Below the pieces are notes generated by a model. It saw nothing but the letters and a program-made list of their open reading frames with translations. It searched no databases and was not told the DNA's origin. This document shows positions 12,641-23,939 of a stretch of DNA of 64,000 nt, one piece after another. The position numbers and the translations under genes are program-made. This stretch comes from Felis catus. Its lineage: Eukaryota. The stretch covers positions 134,542,001 to 134,606,000 of the forward strand of contig NC_058368.1 of assembly GCF_018350175.1 (NCBI RefSeq). Direction: 5' to 3'. Within the stretch, counting starts at the first letter, position 1; each line of letters starts with the position of its first letter.

Positions 12641-13655
12641 CATAAGGGATGGTCAAAAAAATAAAAATAAAAATAAGAAAAAATGTATAAGGGATGGTCA
12701 TCTTCATAGTACTTGTCTCATGGGAATACTGCTGTCTGCGTGTTGACTCATTCCGGGACACTGAGGTCAAAATCAATCAATTCTGAGCATTTGACTGCCT
12801 TCAAAGAGTGCTGTAAAGTCACTTTTATGGAATTCCTCCTATGAAATGCTTCCCTCAGTGAAGTCTGTGAGAGAGCAGTCTTTTCCCCCTGGCAGCCGTC
12901 TAAAGTGCCTGAGTTCCCTGCTGTAACTAATGTTCCTCCAGGGGTCATAGATGGCTGAAAATGTGAACTTTCCTTTTGCAATAACATTGGTTTTGCCCTA
13001 ACATGCTGTAAAAAAAAAGTTTTATTAAAAATAAGCAACATTTTCTATGCATATCTCCAAATCCACCGCATTTGCATGTATGTGGTTTTCTGTAAGCTTT
13101 TTTCCATCCTTGAAATCGTAAAAATGCTCAAGCTAATGCAAAAATATGGAACCAATTTCACTGGAAGCCATTACTAGAATGGTCCTCCTTCGTACATTTG
13201 TCAATTGAATATGTTTTCAGAAGTGCCTGTGGACCGCATTGTGAAGGTTATTAACTCACATTGCTGAATGGCAAGTCATGAGAGTATTACCAACTCCCCT
13301 CCCCCACTTCTTTTTACTTATATATCATATCTTTACTTTTTTCAAACACAGGGGGACAGAGTTTTATAAATAATAGTGAATTCATCATTTTTCACAATTT
13401 AAGCAGAGCTATTTATCACTTAGATTTCATTCTCAAAGCTGAAAACATAAACATAGCAAAAAGTTGAATTTCCATGCCCACAGAATGCCGTTAATTCATC
13501 CCCATTAGATGGCTGTTGTTAAAAATGGGAAATAACAAGTGTTGCTGAGGATGTGGAGAAATTGGAGTCCCTGTACGTTGCTGGTGGGAAAGTAAAAATG
13601 TCACAGCCACTGAGGAAGACAGTGTGGCATTTCCTCAAAAAGGTAAACAGAAAAA

Positions 13656-13880
13656 GGGGCACTTGAGTGGCTTAGTCGGTTAAGCGTCCGACTTCAGCTC
13701 GGGTCATGATCTCACAGTTTGAGAGTTTGAGCCCCACATAAGACTCTGTGCTGACAGCTCACAGCCTGGAGCGTGTTTTCCATTCTGTGTGTCCCTCTCC
13801 CTCTCTGCCCCTTCCCCACTCGTGCTCTGTCTCTTTCTCTCTGTCTCTCAAAAATAAGTAAACATTAATTTTTTTTTTTA
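13656..13880 (+). mobile_element. Felid CanSINE inside L1MB
   Basis: SINE head, body and tail; flanked by gtaaacag on both sides. Confidence 0.93.
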
Positions 13881-14099
13881 CAGTAAACAGCATTACCTTA
13901 TCCAGCAATTCCATTCTTAGGTATATGTCCAAAAGAATTGCAAGCAGGGACTCAAACAGAGACTTCTTCTGAGACCAAGCTTCGCAGCAATACTATTCAC
14001 AACAGGCAAGAAATGGAAACAACACAAATGTCTACCAACAACAGTAAATGAATAGATAGGCAAAATGTGGTATATCCATACAATGGCATGTTATTCAGG

Positions 14100-14566
14100 T
14101 TTTTTTTTTTTTATTTAAATCCATGTTAGTTAACATATAGTGTAATAATGGTTTCAGGAGTAGAATTTAGAGATTCATCCTTTGCGTGTAACATCCAGTG
14201 TTCTTCCCAACAAGTGCCCTTCTTTTTTTTTAAATATTTTTAATGTTTATTTATTTTTGAAAGAGAGAGGCAGAGCGTGAGCAGGGGAGGGGCAGAGAGA
14301 GAGGGAGACACAGAATCTGAAGCAGGCTGCAGGCTCTGAGCTGTCAGCACAGAGCCCGACGCGGGGCTCGAACTCAAGAGCCTCGAGATCATGACCTGAG
14401 CCGAAGTCGGCTGCTTAACCGACTGAGCCACTCAGATGCCCCAACAAGTGCCCTTCTTAATGCCCATCGCCTATTTAGTCCACCCCCAACCCCCGAACAC
14501 CCCTCTAGCAACCCTCAGTTTGTTCTCTGTATTTAAGAGTCTCTTACGGTTTGCTTCCCTCTGTTT
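14100..14566 (-). mobile_element. Carnivore-lineage L1 3' end fragment inserted in L1MB
   Basis: Poly-T followed by an antisense carnivore L1 3'UTR (gttaacatatagtg...ctagcaaccctcagtttgttctctg); TSD tg(t/c)tattcag. Confidence 0.8.
14225..14441 (-). mobile_element. Felid CanSINE inside the carnivore L1 fragment
   Basis: Perfect TSD caacaagtgcccttctt. Confidence 0.95.
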
Positions 14567-15077
14567 TGCTATTCAGCTTTCAAAGGGAATGAAATTGTTA
14601 TGCATGTGTGAAACTTGAAAACCTTAGGCTGGGTGAAAGCAGCCAGACACAAAGGTTACACACTGTATGATTCCACTTCTCTGAGGCCCCTAGAATAGAC
14701 AAGTCCATAGAGCTATAAAGTTAAAGAGAGATTGCTATCGGCTGGGGGCAGAGGAGATGGAGAGTTATTATTTAAGGGGTACAGTGTTTCTGTTCAGGAT
14801 GATGAAGAAGTCCTGGAAATGGGAAATGGTGACGGTCGCACAGCGTCATGTGATGTAATGCTGCGGAATTGTATACTTGAACGTGGTTAAAATAGCAAAT
14901 TTTATATATATATATTTTTAGCACAATACAAAAATTAAAACTAATGATTTCTGAAGGTAGACTGTGTGCCTTGTAGAACTTAATAAGTGAAACTTGCAAA
15001 AGTCATCCATGTATTTTTTAAAAACAACATCAAGATTTATAAATGAAAATCAACATTTAACTAAAAAATTTGTAATT

Positions 15078-15289
15078 GGGGCGCCTGGGTGGCGCAGTTG
15101 GTTGAGCGTCCGACTTCAGCCAGGTCACGATCTCGCGGTCCGTGAGTTCGAGCCCCGCGTCAGGCTCTGGGCTGATGGCTCAGAGCCTGGAGCCTGTTTC
15201 CGATTCTGTGTCTCCCTCTCTCTCTGCCCCTCCCCCGCTCATGCTCTGTCTCTCTCTGTCCCAAAAATAAATAAACGTTGAAAAAAAAA
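15078..15289 (+). mobile_element. Young SINEC_Fc-type CanSINE
   Basis: Diagnostic cttcagccaggtcacgatctcgcggtccgtgagttcg; CpGs retained. Confidence 0.95.
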
Positions 15290-15302
15290 GTTTTGTAATG
15301 CT

Positions 15303-15518
15303 GGGCACCTGGGTGGCTTACTCAGTGGCAGATTTCAGCTCAGGTCATGATCTTGCGTTTCATGGGTTGGAGCCCCGCATTGGGCTCTGTGCTTGCAGCT
15401 CAGAGCCTGGAGCCTGCTTCAGATTCTGTGTCTCCCTCTCTCCTTGCCTCTCCCCTGCTTGCTCTCTCTCTCTCTCTCTGTCTCAAAAATAAATAAACCT
15501 TAAAAATTTAAAAAAAAA
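15303..15518 (+). mobile_element. Felid CanSINE (older)
   Basis: SINE directly downstream of the young copy. Confidence 0.92.
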
Positions 15519-15564
15519 TTCATAATGCCACTAATTCCACAGTCCCTTTTCAGTGTTCCTCTCC

Positions 15565-16000
15565 CCAAATATTTATTGACTGTTGATGTTGTGGCAAACA
15601 TACTATCTGGAGCTGGAAACAGAGCAGTGTTGAAACCACGGTACCTAACCTAGAGGTAACTTTAAGGAACACAGTGGTAGGGAAGACAAACATATGAGTC
15701 CATCATCCCAATATATTATAAACATGTTGATAGAGTCATTTATGTAGAAGTATGTGCCAAAATAAATAGCCCAGATTTGAGGTTAGTCCGAGAAGACTTC
15801 CCAGAAGGGACATTCTTCCTGAGACTTGAAGAGCAAATAAGAGTTTGCCAAGAGACCAGGGGAGTCAGGGAGAGAGTGTCCTGGGTAGAGAGGACACATC
15901 AGATAAGACACTGCAACCTTGGCGCAGGAGGCCCAAGACTATGGCAGGTGAATTTCGAAACACAAGCAGGTGCCAGATCACAGAAGCCCATGAATAGCTT
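15565..16000 (-). mobile_element. L2 fragment
   Basis: Antisense L2 3' end (caaatatttattgactg...gagaagacttcccagaagggacatt...gagacttgaagagcaaataagagtttgcca). Confidence 0.65.
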
Positions 16001-16019
16001 ATTAAAGAAAAATGAGTTT

Positions 16020-16231
16020 GGGGCGCCTGGGTGGCGCAGTCGGTTAAGCGTCCGACTTCAGCCAGGTCACGATCTCGCGGTCCGTGAGTTCGAGCCCCGC
16101 GTCAGGCTCTGGGCTGATGGCTCAGAGCCTGGAGCCTGTTTCCGATTCTGTGTCTCCCTCTCTCTCTGCCCCTCCCCTGTTCATGCTCTGTCTCTCTCTG
16201 TCCCAAAAATAAATAAACGTTGAAAAAAAAA
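16020..16231 (+). mobile_element. Young SINEC_Fc-type CanSINE
   Basis: Near-consensus copy; 16-bp TSD aaagaa(a/t)aatgagttt. Confidence 0.96.
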
Positions 16232-16279
16232 AAAGAATAATGAGTTTATCCTAAACTGCGTGCATTCTTTGGGAATTTA

Positions 16280-16345
16280 AAGTAATCTCTGCACCCAACG
16301 TGGAGCTTGAACTCACAACCTTGAGATCAAGAGTTGAGTGCTCTG
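16280..16345 (-). mobile_element. Short old tRNA-derived CanSINE fragment
   Basis: gcacccaacgtggagcttgaactcacaaccttgagatcaagagt. Confidence 0.7.
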
Positions 16346-16347
16346 TA

Positions 16348-16550
16348 GGGGCACCTGGGTGACTCCGTCGTTAAAGCCTCTGACTCTTGGTTTTGGTTCA
16401 GTCATGATCTCTCAGTTGGTGAGTTCAAGCCCCACATCGGGCTCTGCGCTGGCAGTGCAGAACCTGCTTGGGGTTCTCTTTGTCTCTCTCCCCTCCCCCA
16501 GTCACTCACTGTGTGTGTGTGTGTCTCAAAATAAATAAACATTTTTTTAA
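16348..16550 (+). mobile_element. CanSINE (older subfamily)
   Basis: SINE head, body and AATAAA tail. Confidence 0.9.
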
Positions 16551-16664
16551 ACAAAGATTCATGTTTTGGAAGTAGTATTCTGTCTTCAGATGAGGGTGGA
16601 TTGGGTAAGCGTTAAGATGGGAGCCAGAATGATTAGATGATATTCCAAGTCCAATTTGTTATTT

Positions 16665-16800
16665 CAGGAAAATCCATTGAATGTCTCTTATGTGTGAAGC
16701 ACTTTTCTAGACGCTGGGAATAGCAGTAAACGAAACAAAACAAAATCCCTTCCCTTGTGGAGCTAATGGAGAGAAACAAAATAAACACAATAAATCTAAT
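16665..16800 (-). mobile_element. L2 3' fragment
   Basis: attgaatgtctcttatgtgtgaagcacttttctagacgctggg...cttcccttgtggagcta. Confidence 0.65.
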
Positions 16801-18559
16801 CTAATAAGGCATGAGACTTTTCTCTCCCTTAAAGCCTTCACTTAACTAGAAAGACAAACATGGTACCAGGTAAAAATAAGACTTTGTGGGAAACACTGAT
16901 GTTTTCTGGATTTTTCCCTCCTCATAGTAGGAAGATTTATCTCAAAGACAGAGTTATAACTGTTCCTTTTGAATTACTGTTGCCTACATCTATGTGAGTT
17001 CAAGCCATATTGGGAAGTATTTGAGATAATAACAGGAAAGGCATTCTTAATAATGTAAATTGTCTTCCACTTAAAGGAGTCCATTAGTCTCTCTGTGGTT
17101 TTACCCTTACTGAGTATCTTTGTAAAAATGAAGGTCATTTCTTTTCTTTGGTTTGGACATTCCAGGTTTGGTTCACTTGAAGACTGGAGAGTGTTGTTCA
17201 TGAGTGATGGGCCATAGGTTCTTCAGGATTCTGGGGAGGGTCTAGCCTAGACCTTTCTATTTACCTATTTCTGTGCCTATCATGATTGTCCATCTGATGT
17301 ATATGATTCGAGGAAGACCAAAAAGATTCTTGTCTGCAGATTCACATTGTCTATGGTGATCTTTTTATAGCCATCTTTCATTATTCCGAGTAGACTCCCA
17401 CTCAGTAAAGCTCACATTCCCCCTTACTCAGTTGATATTCTATCCAGCCTCCTTGTTATTATTGTACATCCATTTGTAAGCCCTCACAGCCCATGGCATT
17501 GCTCGGGTGGCTTTCGTTATTATTCATCTACACTCTGCAAAACCACTTCCTCTTCTCCTTGGTACTGAGGTTTTTCACACATTTCAGGATGTGTATATTA
17601 TAATGTACACATTTGAAGTGTTCCTCCAACTAAAGAACTATTAAGACAGTATGGGGAAAGGCTTTAATAGAGGCTGTGAATTCTCCTTCTTGCTCCTTCT
17701 CATTCCTATGGCTTTTTCTGCTCCATAGGGTTCGTTTTTTTGCTGGTTAAACTCATGGAAGAGAAATAGTTCTTAACAGGAGAGAGATTGGGGCTGTAGG
17801 AGTAAAGTGGAGGGCTGGCTGAGGGGAAGCTTGTCGTCAGTGCAACCCCACCCACTCTGTGTACTTCTTTTTTTTCTGGAAGCCCATGCTTCTTGCTGTC
17901 ACCTGAGCACTGACAGGGTGTGCTGTGGTATGCTCTTCCCAGAAGGTCCTCCTGGTCAGTGTTTCTCTCGTCTCTCTCCCAGCAGACCTCATGAATATTG
18001 TTTCACATGTCTTAGAATCTTCCTCTTATCCTGCAGGCTACTTCCAGTTACATTTTTTAATTGCTGACAACGGACTATTGAATTAACACTCTTGTATAAG
18101 CTTTGTGTGCATAGATCATCAGCGCCAGAGTCCAAGCAAGTTATAATCATATTTGGTTAATTGTTACAGAAGAGAAACTACCAAAGAGAGGTTTGTTTTG
18201 TCAGGTTGGCCTTTTTGCTTCTCATCATCAAACAACTGGGACCCCCTTTCTCTGCCTCTCGGAAAGTCCGGCACAATCCAGGACCCAGGAAAAAAACATG
18301 TACAGAGATGGCACTCTCATTGGTTTTATTGTGTTTGTGTTTTCCAGCTCAGGTTCAAAAGGAAGACTTCTAAATTGGCCAAGTTTGTTTATTTAAATGA
18401 GAGGTCCAAAAGAGCCGAAAAAAATAATGACAGAGAAGTCAGGAAGATCACGGGTCAATAGCATAAAACACAAGTACTAAGGAATGCACAGTACAGATTC
18501 TAAATCAAAAGGTCAATGATGGTGAATTTGCAGGCATCGATAGCCAGGTGTGACTAACT

Positions 18560-18780
18560 TCCTGAGCTTTGGTGTCAGACAGATTTGGCTAAATTTCATG
18601 CTCTTTCCCTTTATTGACTCTGTGGCCTTGGACAAATTCCTTAATCTCAGGTCTCTCCTCTATAAAACAGACATCACAATACTCCATTCTCAGTGTAGTT
18701 TGAGGACTTCATATGATGTTCATAAAATACTTAGCCAATACCCTAGAATATACAGACACTGAGGAAATGATAACTCTTAT
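18560..18780 (+). mobile_element. MIR
   Basis: gctttggtgtcagacaga...tgtggccttggacaaattccttaatctc. Confidence 0.75.
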
Positions 18781-19264
18781 ACGTATTGAAATTTTTGATA
18801 CAAAATAGGGTGTAGATATGTTTATGTTACTTGGATTTCACCGAAACTATAAACTTCATTGAAGAGTAGCTCTCTACACCTTTTCTTTTTGCATTACAAA
18901 GATGTTTTTGTAGCTAGAACATGAGACCCTCGGGACTCGAAAGTGAATAGAGTGGAGACCAAACCAGCCACATTTCTTCTAATGCAAGTTTCTCCTTCAA
19001 TCTCCGCTTTCATTGTGGGTGCTGCTACCATTTTGCCCCATTTTTCATTCAATGAAAACCTGATTAAGGTGCCTGCTTCTTAACTTCCCTACTCATATCT
19101 AAGCATTACAGAATTCTGGAGCTTTCCCCCATATTGTCTCCTGCCCCTCAGAAACTATACATATTCATTTCAATCTCATATTCAGTTTCTTTACTAAGCA
19201 CTCATCACCACCAATGTATAGCTATAATCCCTCCTGCAGGCCATTACTTGCTTATAAGGAGTCT

Positions 19265-19468
19265 TTTTTTCCTCAAAGTTTTCTTATTTTGAGAGAGAGA
19301 GAGACAGTGCTAGCAGGGGAGCAGCAGAGTTGGAGAGAGAATCCCAAGCAGGATCTGGGGAGCCAGCACAGAGTCCAATGTGGGGCTCGATCCCAGGAAC
19401 CACAAGGTCACGACCTGAACCGAAACCAAGAGTCAGATGCTTAACCGACTGAGCCACCCTGGCATCCT
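19265..19468 (-). mobile_element. CanSINE (older subfamily)
   Basis: gagagaatcccaagcagg...ttaaccgactgagccaccc. Confidence 0.9.
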
Positions 19469-19879
19469 GCTAATAGGGGAATCTTGAATGATAATATTCA
19501 CCCTGGTTCCTTTGTCTTCTACTCTCACCTCACCCCCATGCCCAGCAATAAGAATACATCAGATGCCTGGCAGGTGTAGGAACCACCAAGATCATACAAC
19601 CCTTTTTCTACCCTACAGGAACTTGAAATTCTATGGAAAATAGGATAGATTTTCTGAATGGGGAAATAACAATAAAAGCAGCATAAGTTAGGTACTTCAA
19701 AATCCTCTCTTCCTTCTTGGAAATGTCATCATGAATTTCAGCACCCTCTAATTCAAGGTCCTGTCCAATGTTGCTCAGGACAAAGAGAAGCCTTTCTTCC
19801 CTCCCTGCCAACCTTCCCTCTGCTCAGAAAGCTGCCATGTAAGCTTTTATTGACCCTTTATCGTGGGACAGCCATTGGA

Positions 19880-20075
19880 CTAAGAATATTGCATATGTTA
19901 TCATCACGAGAACCCCATGAAGGAGATGCCATGATTTCCATTTCACAGAAGAAGCATTTGAGTCATAAAGAGAATAAGTAACTTTACCAAAGTCACACAA
20001 GACAGTGAGTGGTAGAACAGGGATTTGAACTTATCTTCTTTCTGCCTCCAGAGTCCTGGCTCTTTAGTGGGTTGT
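19880..20075 (-). mobile_element. MIR
   Basis: ccatttcacagaagaag...aagtaactttaccaaagtcacac...ggatttgaac. Confidence 0.75.
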
Positions 20076-20299
20076 GCTGCCTCCCAGATGATCACATTCA
20101 TGGCTTCTTTTATCCGAATCCCCTCTTCCTTGTGCATGCCTTTTCTCAAATGGATAAATCCCAGAAAATTTTCTGGTTCTTAGATTTCAAGCTTTCTATT
20201 TTCCTTTGGAGCTTTTGGAAAATCCTATTGTTTAATAGAAGATTTCTGACTGAAGGGAGCTGAGTGAAAGACCCCTCATCCTCATTTTGAGCAGACCAG

Positions 20300-21435
20300 T
20301 TGCCCTCTCTACTCCCCAGAATATACTTGTTTGGTCATTAAATGCTTACAGAACTCTCATTTCTATAAATCAACCAGTTGAGCTCATTGATGTCAATACA
20401 AATCCACTTTCTTCGACTTCTCTTATGTCTTTATCCACCTTTGGTCAGCTTCTTCTCTGACTCACCTCTATAAACCCTCTCTTCAACACCCCTACCTACT
20501 CCCTCACCCTCAGAAGGCAATCTTGACTTTTGCTTCATTGTATAATTTAAGATGATCCATCTCTCCATTCAAGAATTATCTGCCAAACAGATATAACCAT
20601 ATAGATATTTCAGTAGTATCTCTAAATGTCCCCAATGGAGTACATAAAGCTCTCTCCCAACTTGCTCATTCTTCTGTATGCCCTTTCTCACTCTATAGTT
20701 ATTCAAGTAGAATACCTTGAGAACTTGTAGACTCTTGCTTCTCCATCCGTGTCAACATCTAAATAATTATCAGGTCCTGCTACTTTTACTTTTAAAATAC
20801 ATTCAAATTCTTCTTAATCTCCTTTAACACTTATTGATTGCAATCACCTGATCTCTTTGGTTGCCCTCTGTTCCATTCTGAATCATCCTCCACCCTGTAA
20901 CTAAGGCAGAGAAGAAAAACTCAAGTATGACTACACGGCTTTCATGCTTAAAACCCTTTGAAGACTCCCATTGCCTATAGAACATATCCCAGACTCTCTA
21001 ACAGAGCATATACAGTCCGTTAAGACCTGGTCAGTTCCTTGATATCCTTCACGTGTCTGCCTAGAACTTCGATTTCTGTGTGTACCAAATTGCTTTTAGT
21101 GACTGATACATATCCTATATTTAAGTTATTTCACACCTCCATGCATTTGTCTGTGTTTTTCCCTCTACCACGACTGCCCTCCTCATCTCCTTTTTTAACT
21201 GACAGCTGTTATTCATCCCTCAGGACTTTGTCATTTGGCTGACTTGGGCCAAGGTTCTTCATCAGTGTGCTCTTATACAAGTCATCTAACCACTCACCAT
21301 ATAACATTGAAATCACGTATTTGTAGGTCACTAGCTCCTATGAGACCATGAGCCTATTAATTTTATGCTTACATCTTTTATCTAGTACAGTTCCTGAAAC
21401 ACAGTGGGTGATCAATAGATGTTTATTTGTTGATT
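20300..21435 (+). mobile_element. L2 LINE 3' portion
   Basis: Pyrimidine-rich L2 motifs (gcttaaaaccctttgaagactcccattgcctatagaa) and L2 terminus (tctagtacagttcctgaaacacagtgggtgatcaatagatgtt). Confidence 0.75.
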
Positions 21436-21727
21436 TGGGGGCAGTGCACAGTGAGAGCAAAATCTAGCACAAAACACAATACCTGGCCTTAAGGAGTTAA
21501 AAGGTCCTCGGGGTATCAACCGAGACTAGCTAAATATGGTCTTTCGTAGAGCACCCTGTACATGGAATCACTAACTAATATTAATTTCTACCAAGGGTGC
21601 TAACATCTGTCTATGTAGTCTACTAGTAAATACTAGTTAATTGCATTTTAGACTTGTTTGAAATGGAAAAAATAACCTCATGTGCATTAATATTGGCTTC
21701 TCCTGGGCCCCCAATGTTATCTTAGGG

Positions 21728-21903
21728 CAGTGGTTCACAAACAGCAATGGTTCATTCTAACCTGGGAACTACTTAGAAATTCACATTCTTATACCCCATA
21801 CCTCCTGAATTGTAAACTGTGAGTGGAGGGGCCTTGAATGCAATCTGTGTTTTAACAAGTCTTCCAGATGACTCTAATATTCCCTAAAGTTTGAGAACTA
21901 CTA
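21728..21903 (+). mobile_element. MER5A-like hAT-Charlie MITE
   Basis: cagtggttcacaaac...tctgtgttttaacaagtcttccagatgactcta...aaagtttgagaactacta. Confidence 0.8.
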
Positions 21904-22159
21904 CCCTCAAGAAATAGCCTAGATATGATATGTTCTCTTAATTTGAAATTTTCCAGGTAGGTGAATGTGGCTCATTAGATACCAGCACTTCATCCTAATA
22001 ACGATGATGCTAGATATTGAATATTCCCACTCTCACACAAGTTACATTAGAACACGAAGGGAATATTTTTATTAACTCATTGGAATCATTCCTACAAAAG
22101 GTATGATTGAAGTTAGATCATTGACTGGGAAGATACAGATCCTTGCTCTGCATGCATGC

Positions 22160-22161
22160 AT

Positions 22162-22200
<39 letters not shown>
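22160..22200. repeat. (TTTA)n microsatellite
   Basis: Directly visible. Confidence 0.95.
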
Positions 22201-23930
22201 CTCCATATATATTTTTTATGTTCCACTGGTTTATTTTTCTATCTTCATGCTAATGTAACAGTGATTTAATTATTCATGCTTTATGATAAATCTTAATAAC
22301 CAGATGGAAATCCCTCTTTCTTATTGTTCATTTTCAGAAGTGCCTCTGCTATTCCCTCACATTAGTTAAACTGTTAATTTCATGAAAATTCATTTTGTGA
22401 TTTTAACTGAAATTGCATGACGTCAGGGCGCCTGGGTGGCTCAGTCGATTAAGCATCTGACTTCAGCTCAGGTCATGATCTCTGTGCTGACAGCTCAGAG
22501 CCTGGAGTCTGCTTAGGATTCTGTGTCTCCCTCTTTCTCTCTCTCTCTCTCTCTCTGCCCCTCCTCCACTCATGCTCGCTTGCTCGCTCTCTCAAAAAAT
22601 AAAAATAAATTAATTAATAAATGTGCATGAAATTTACAAATGAATTTAGGACAGTACTATTTCTATGATATTGAGTCTTTCCAGATCCCAATATGATGTA
22701 TCTCTTTAATAAGGCAAATTTCTCTTTCATCCTGGAATGAAGTTTAAATAAACTTACAGAAATTTATTCCTTGATATCTTACACATTTTCTTGCTATTAT
22801 GACTAAGTTCTTTTCTATTGCACTTTCTATCTGGCCATTTTAGGCATACCAAAGAGCTATCGTTTCATATATATATATATTGATAATGCATCCTACAAAC
22901 TTTACAAGGTCTGTTGTAATAATTGGTTGATTCACTTTGATTTTTTTTTATGTACACATATTATTTGCACATAATGACAGTTTTCAGTTTTTTTCTTTTT
23001 GGGTTGATACCTCATTTCTTTTTCTTGTTTTATTGAATTTTCTGGAACCTGCAGCACAATATTGAGTAATAAAGATGATAGTAAGCACCCTTATCTTATT
23101 CCTCCTTGAAAGAGAAAGCTTCTAAAGTTTTGCCATTAAATATGACATTAACCACAGAATCATGATTTCTTGTAAGGATATTTCCATCTTTTCCTAATTT
23201 GCTAATTTTTTTTTATCATGAATGTATACTGAACATTATTAAAGACTATTTCAATAGCAGTTGAGCTGGTAAGGTCTTTATTAATATTTTAATGTGAATT
23301 AGAATTTTAAATATTGAAATATTGTTCCAATCCCCAGATATAACCTACTTGGTCATGGTAAAATAATTCTTAAAATAATTTGTTTTCTTATTATTTCATA
23401 GAGAATTTTAACTTTCATCCCTGAGATTTATCTGTATTTTTTTTCTTGTTCTATTATTTGAGATAATAAAAGTCATGTAAAATAAGCTTTCTCTGTTTTA
23501 CTGCCCTCTGGAAAAAGTAATTAAAGATAATAGTGATCTTATTCTTTGAAGTTTTGGCAAGAAAAGTTATCCTTAAGACAACCTTGGCCTGGCTCCTTTT
23601 AGGTTGGAGACAAAGATTTTTTTTTTATTAATAACTCTATGTAGCTAATATTTATTGTTCTGGCAGAGTATTCTATTAACTTTGAGAAAATTTTATAATA
23701 CATTTATTTTTCTAAAGAGCTATCTGTTTGATGTGCTTTCAAATGTATGACAATAAAATTGTTGATTTTATGCTCTGCCATTTTCATTCTAATATTTCCT
23801 AACATCAAGCATGTGAATTTTGCGTTTCTAAAATAGTGTTCATATGTTAGACATATCTTTATTTTGTGATCAGTTTACCATAAGCTTATCTATCTTATTA
23901 TCATTTCCAGATCTTTAACAGTGTTTGTTG
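22200..23930 (-). mobile_element. Highly decayed L1M (L1ME-type) ORF2 fragment
   Basis: T-rich antisense L1 ORF2 motifs (cagcacaatattgagtaataaagatgatagtaagcacccttatctt). Confidence 0.65.
22426..22615 (+). mobile_element. Felid CanSINE with an internal deletion
   Basis: The head joins the body directly (ggtcatgatctctgtgctgac); the B-box segment is missing. Confidence 0.92.
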
Positions 23931-23939
23931 GCAGAATGG

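Larger units (their letters stand above)
13497..14940 (+). mobile_element. L1MB-type LINE 3' end (ORF2 C-terminus and 3'UTR) with nested insertions
   Basis: aataacaagtgttgctgaggatgtggagaaattgg, ccagcaattccattcttaggtatatgtccaaaagaa and a typical L1MB 3'UTR end. Confidence 0.85.

Noticed and set aside
14994..16223. ORFs of 95-148 aa sharing GAPGWRS...EFEPRVRLWADGSEPGACFRFC
   Set aside because: These are read-throughs of SINEC_Fc copies, not a paralogous gene family.
15078..16231. Recurrent near-identical ~210-bp repeats suggesting an array or tRNA genes
   Set aside because: They are dispersed SINEs with their own TSDs and A tails, with no regular spacers and no complete tRNA cloverleaf.
16950..18100. 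Stretch that might be a decayed ancient LINE/ERV interior or processed pseudogene
   Set aside because: No translated or nucleotide motif could be matched with confidence; needs Dfam or BLASTX.
22418..22425. Second perfect CRE (TGACGTCA)
   Set aside because: Lies at a SINE/L1 junction, so it is probably coincidental.
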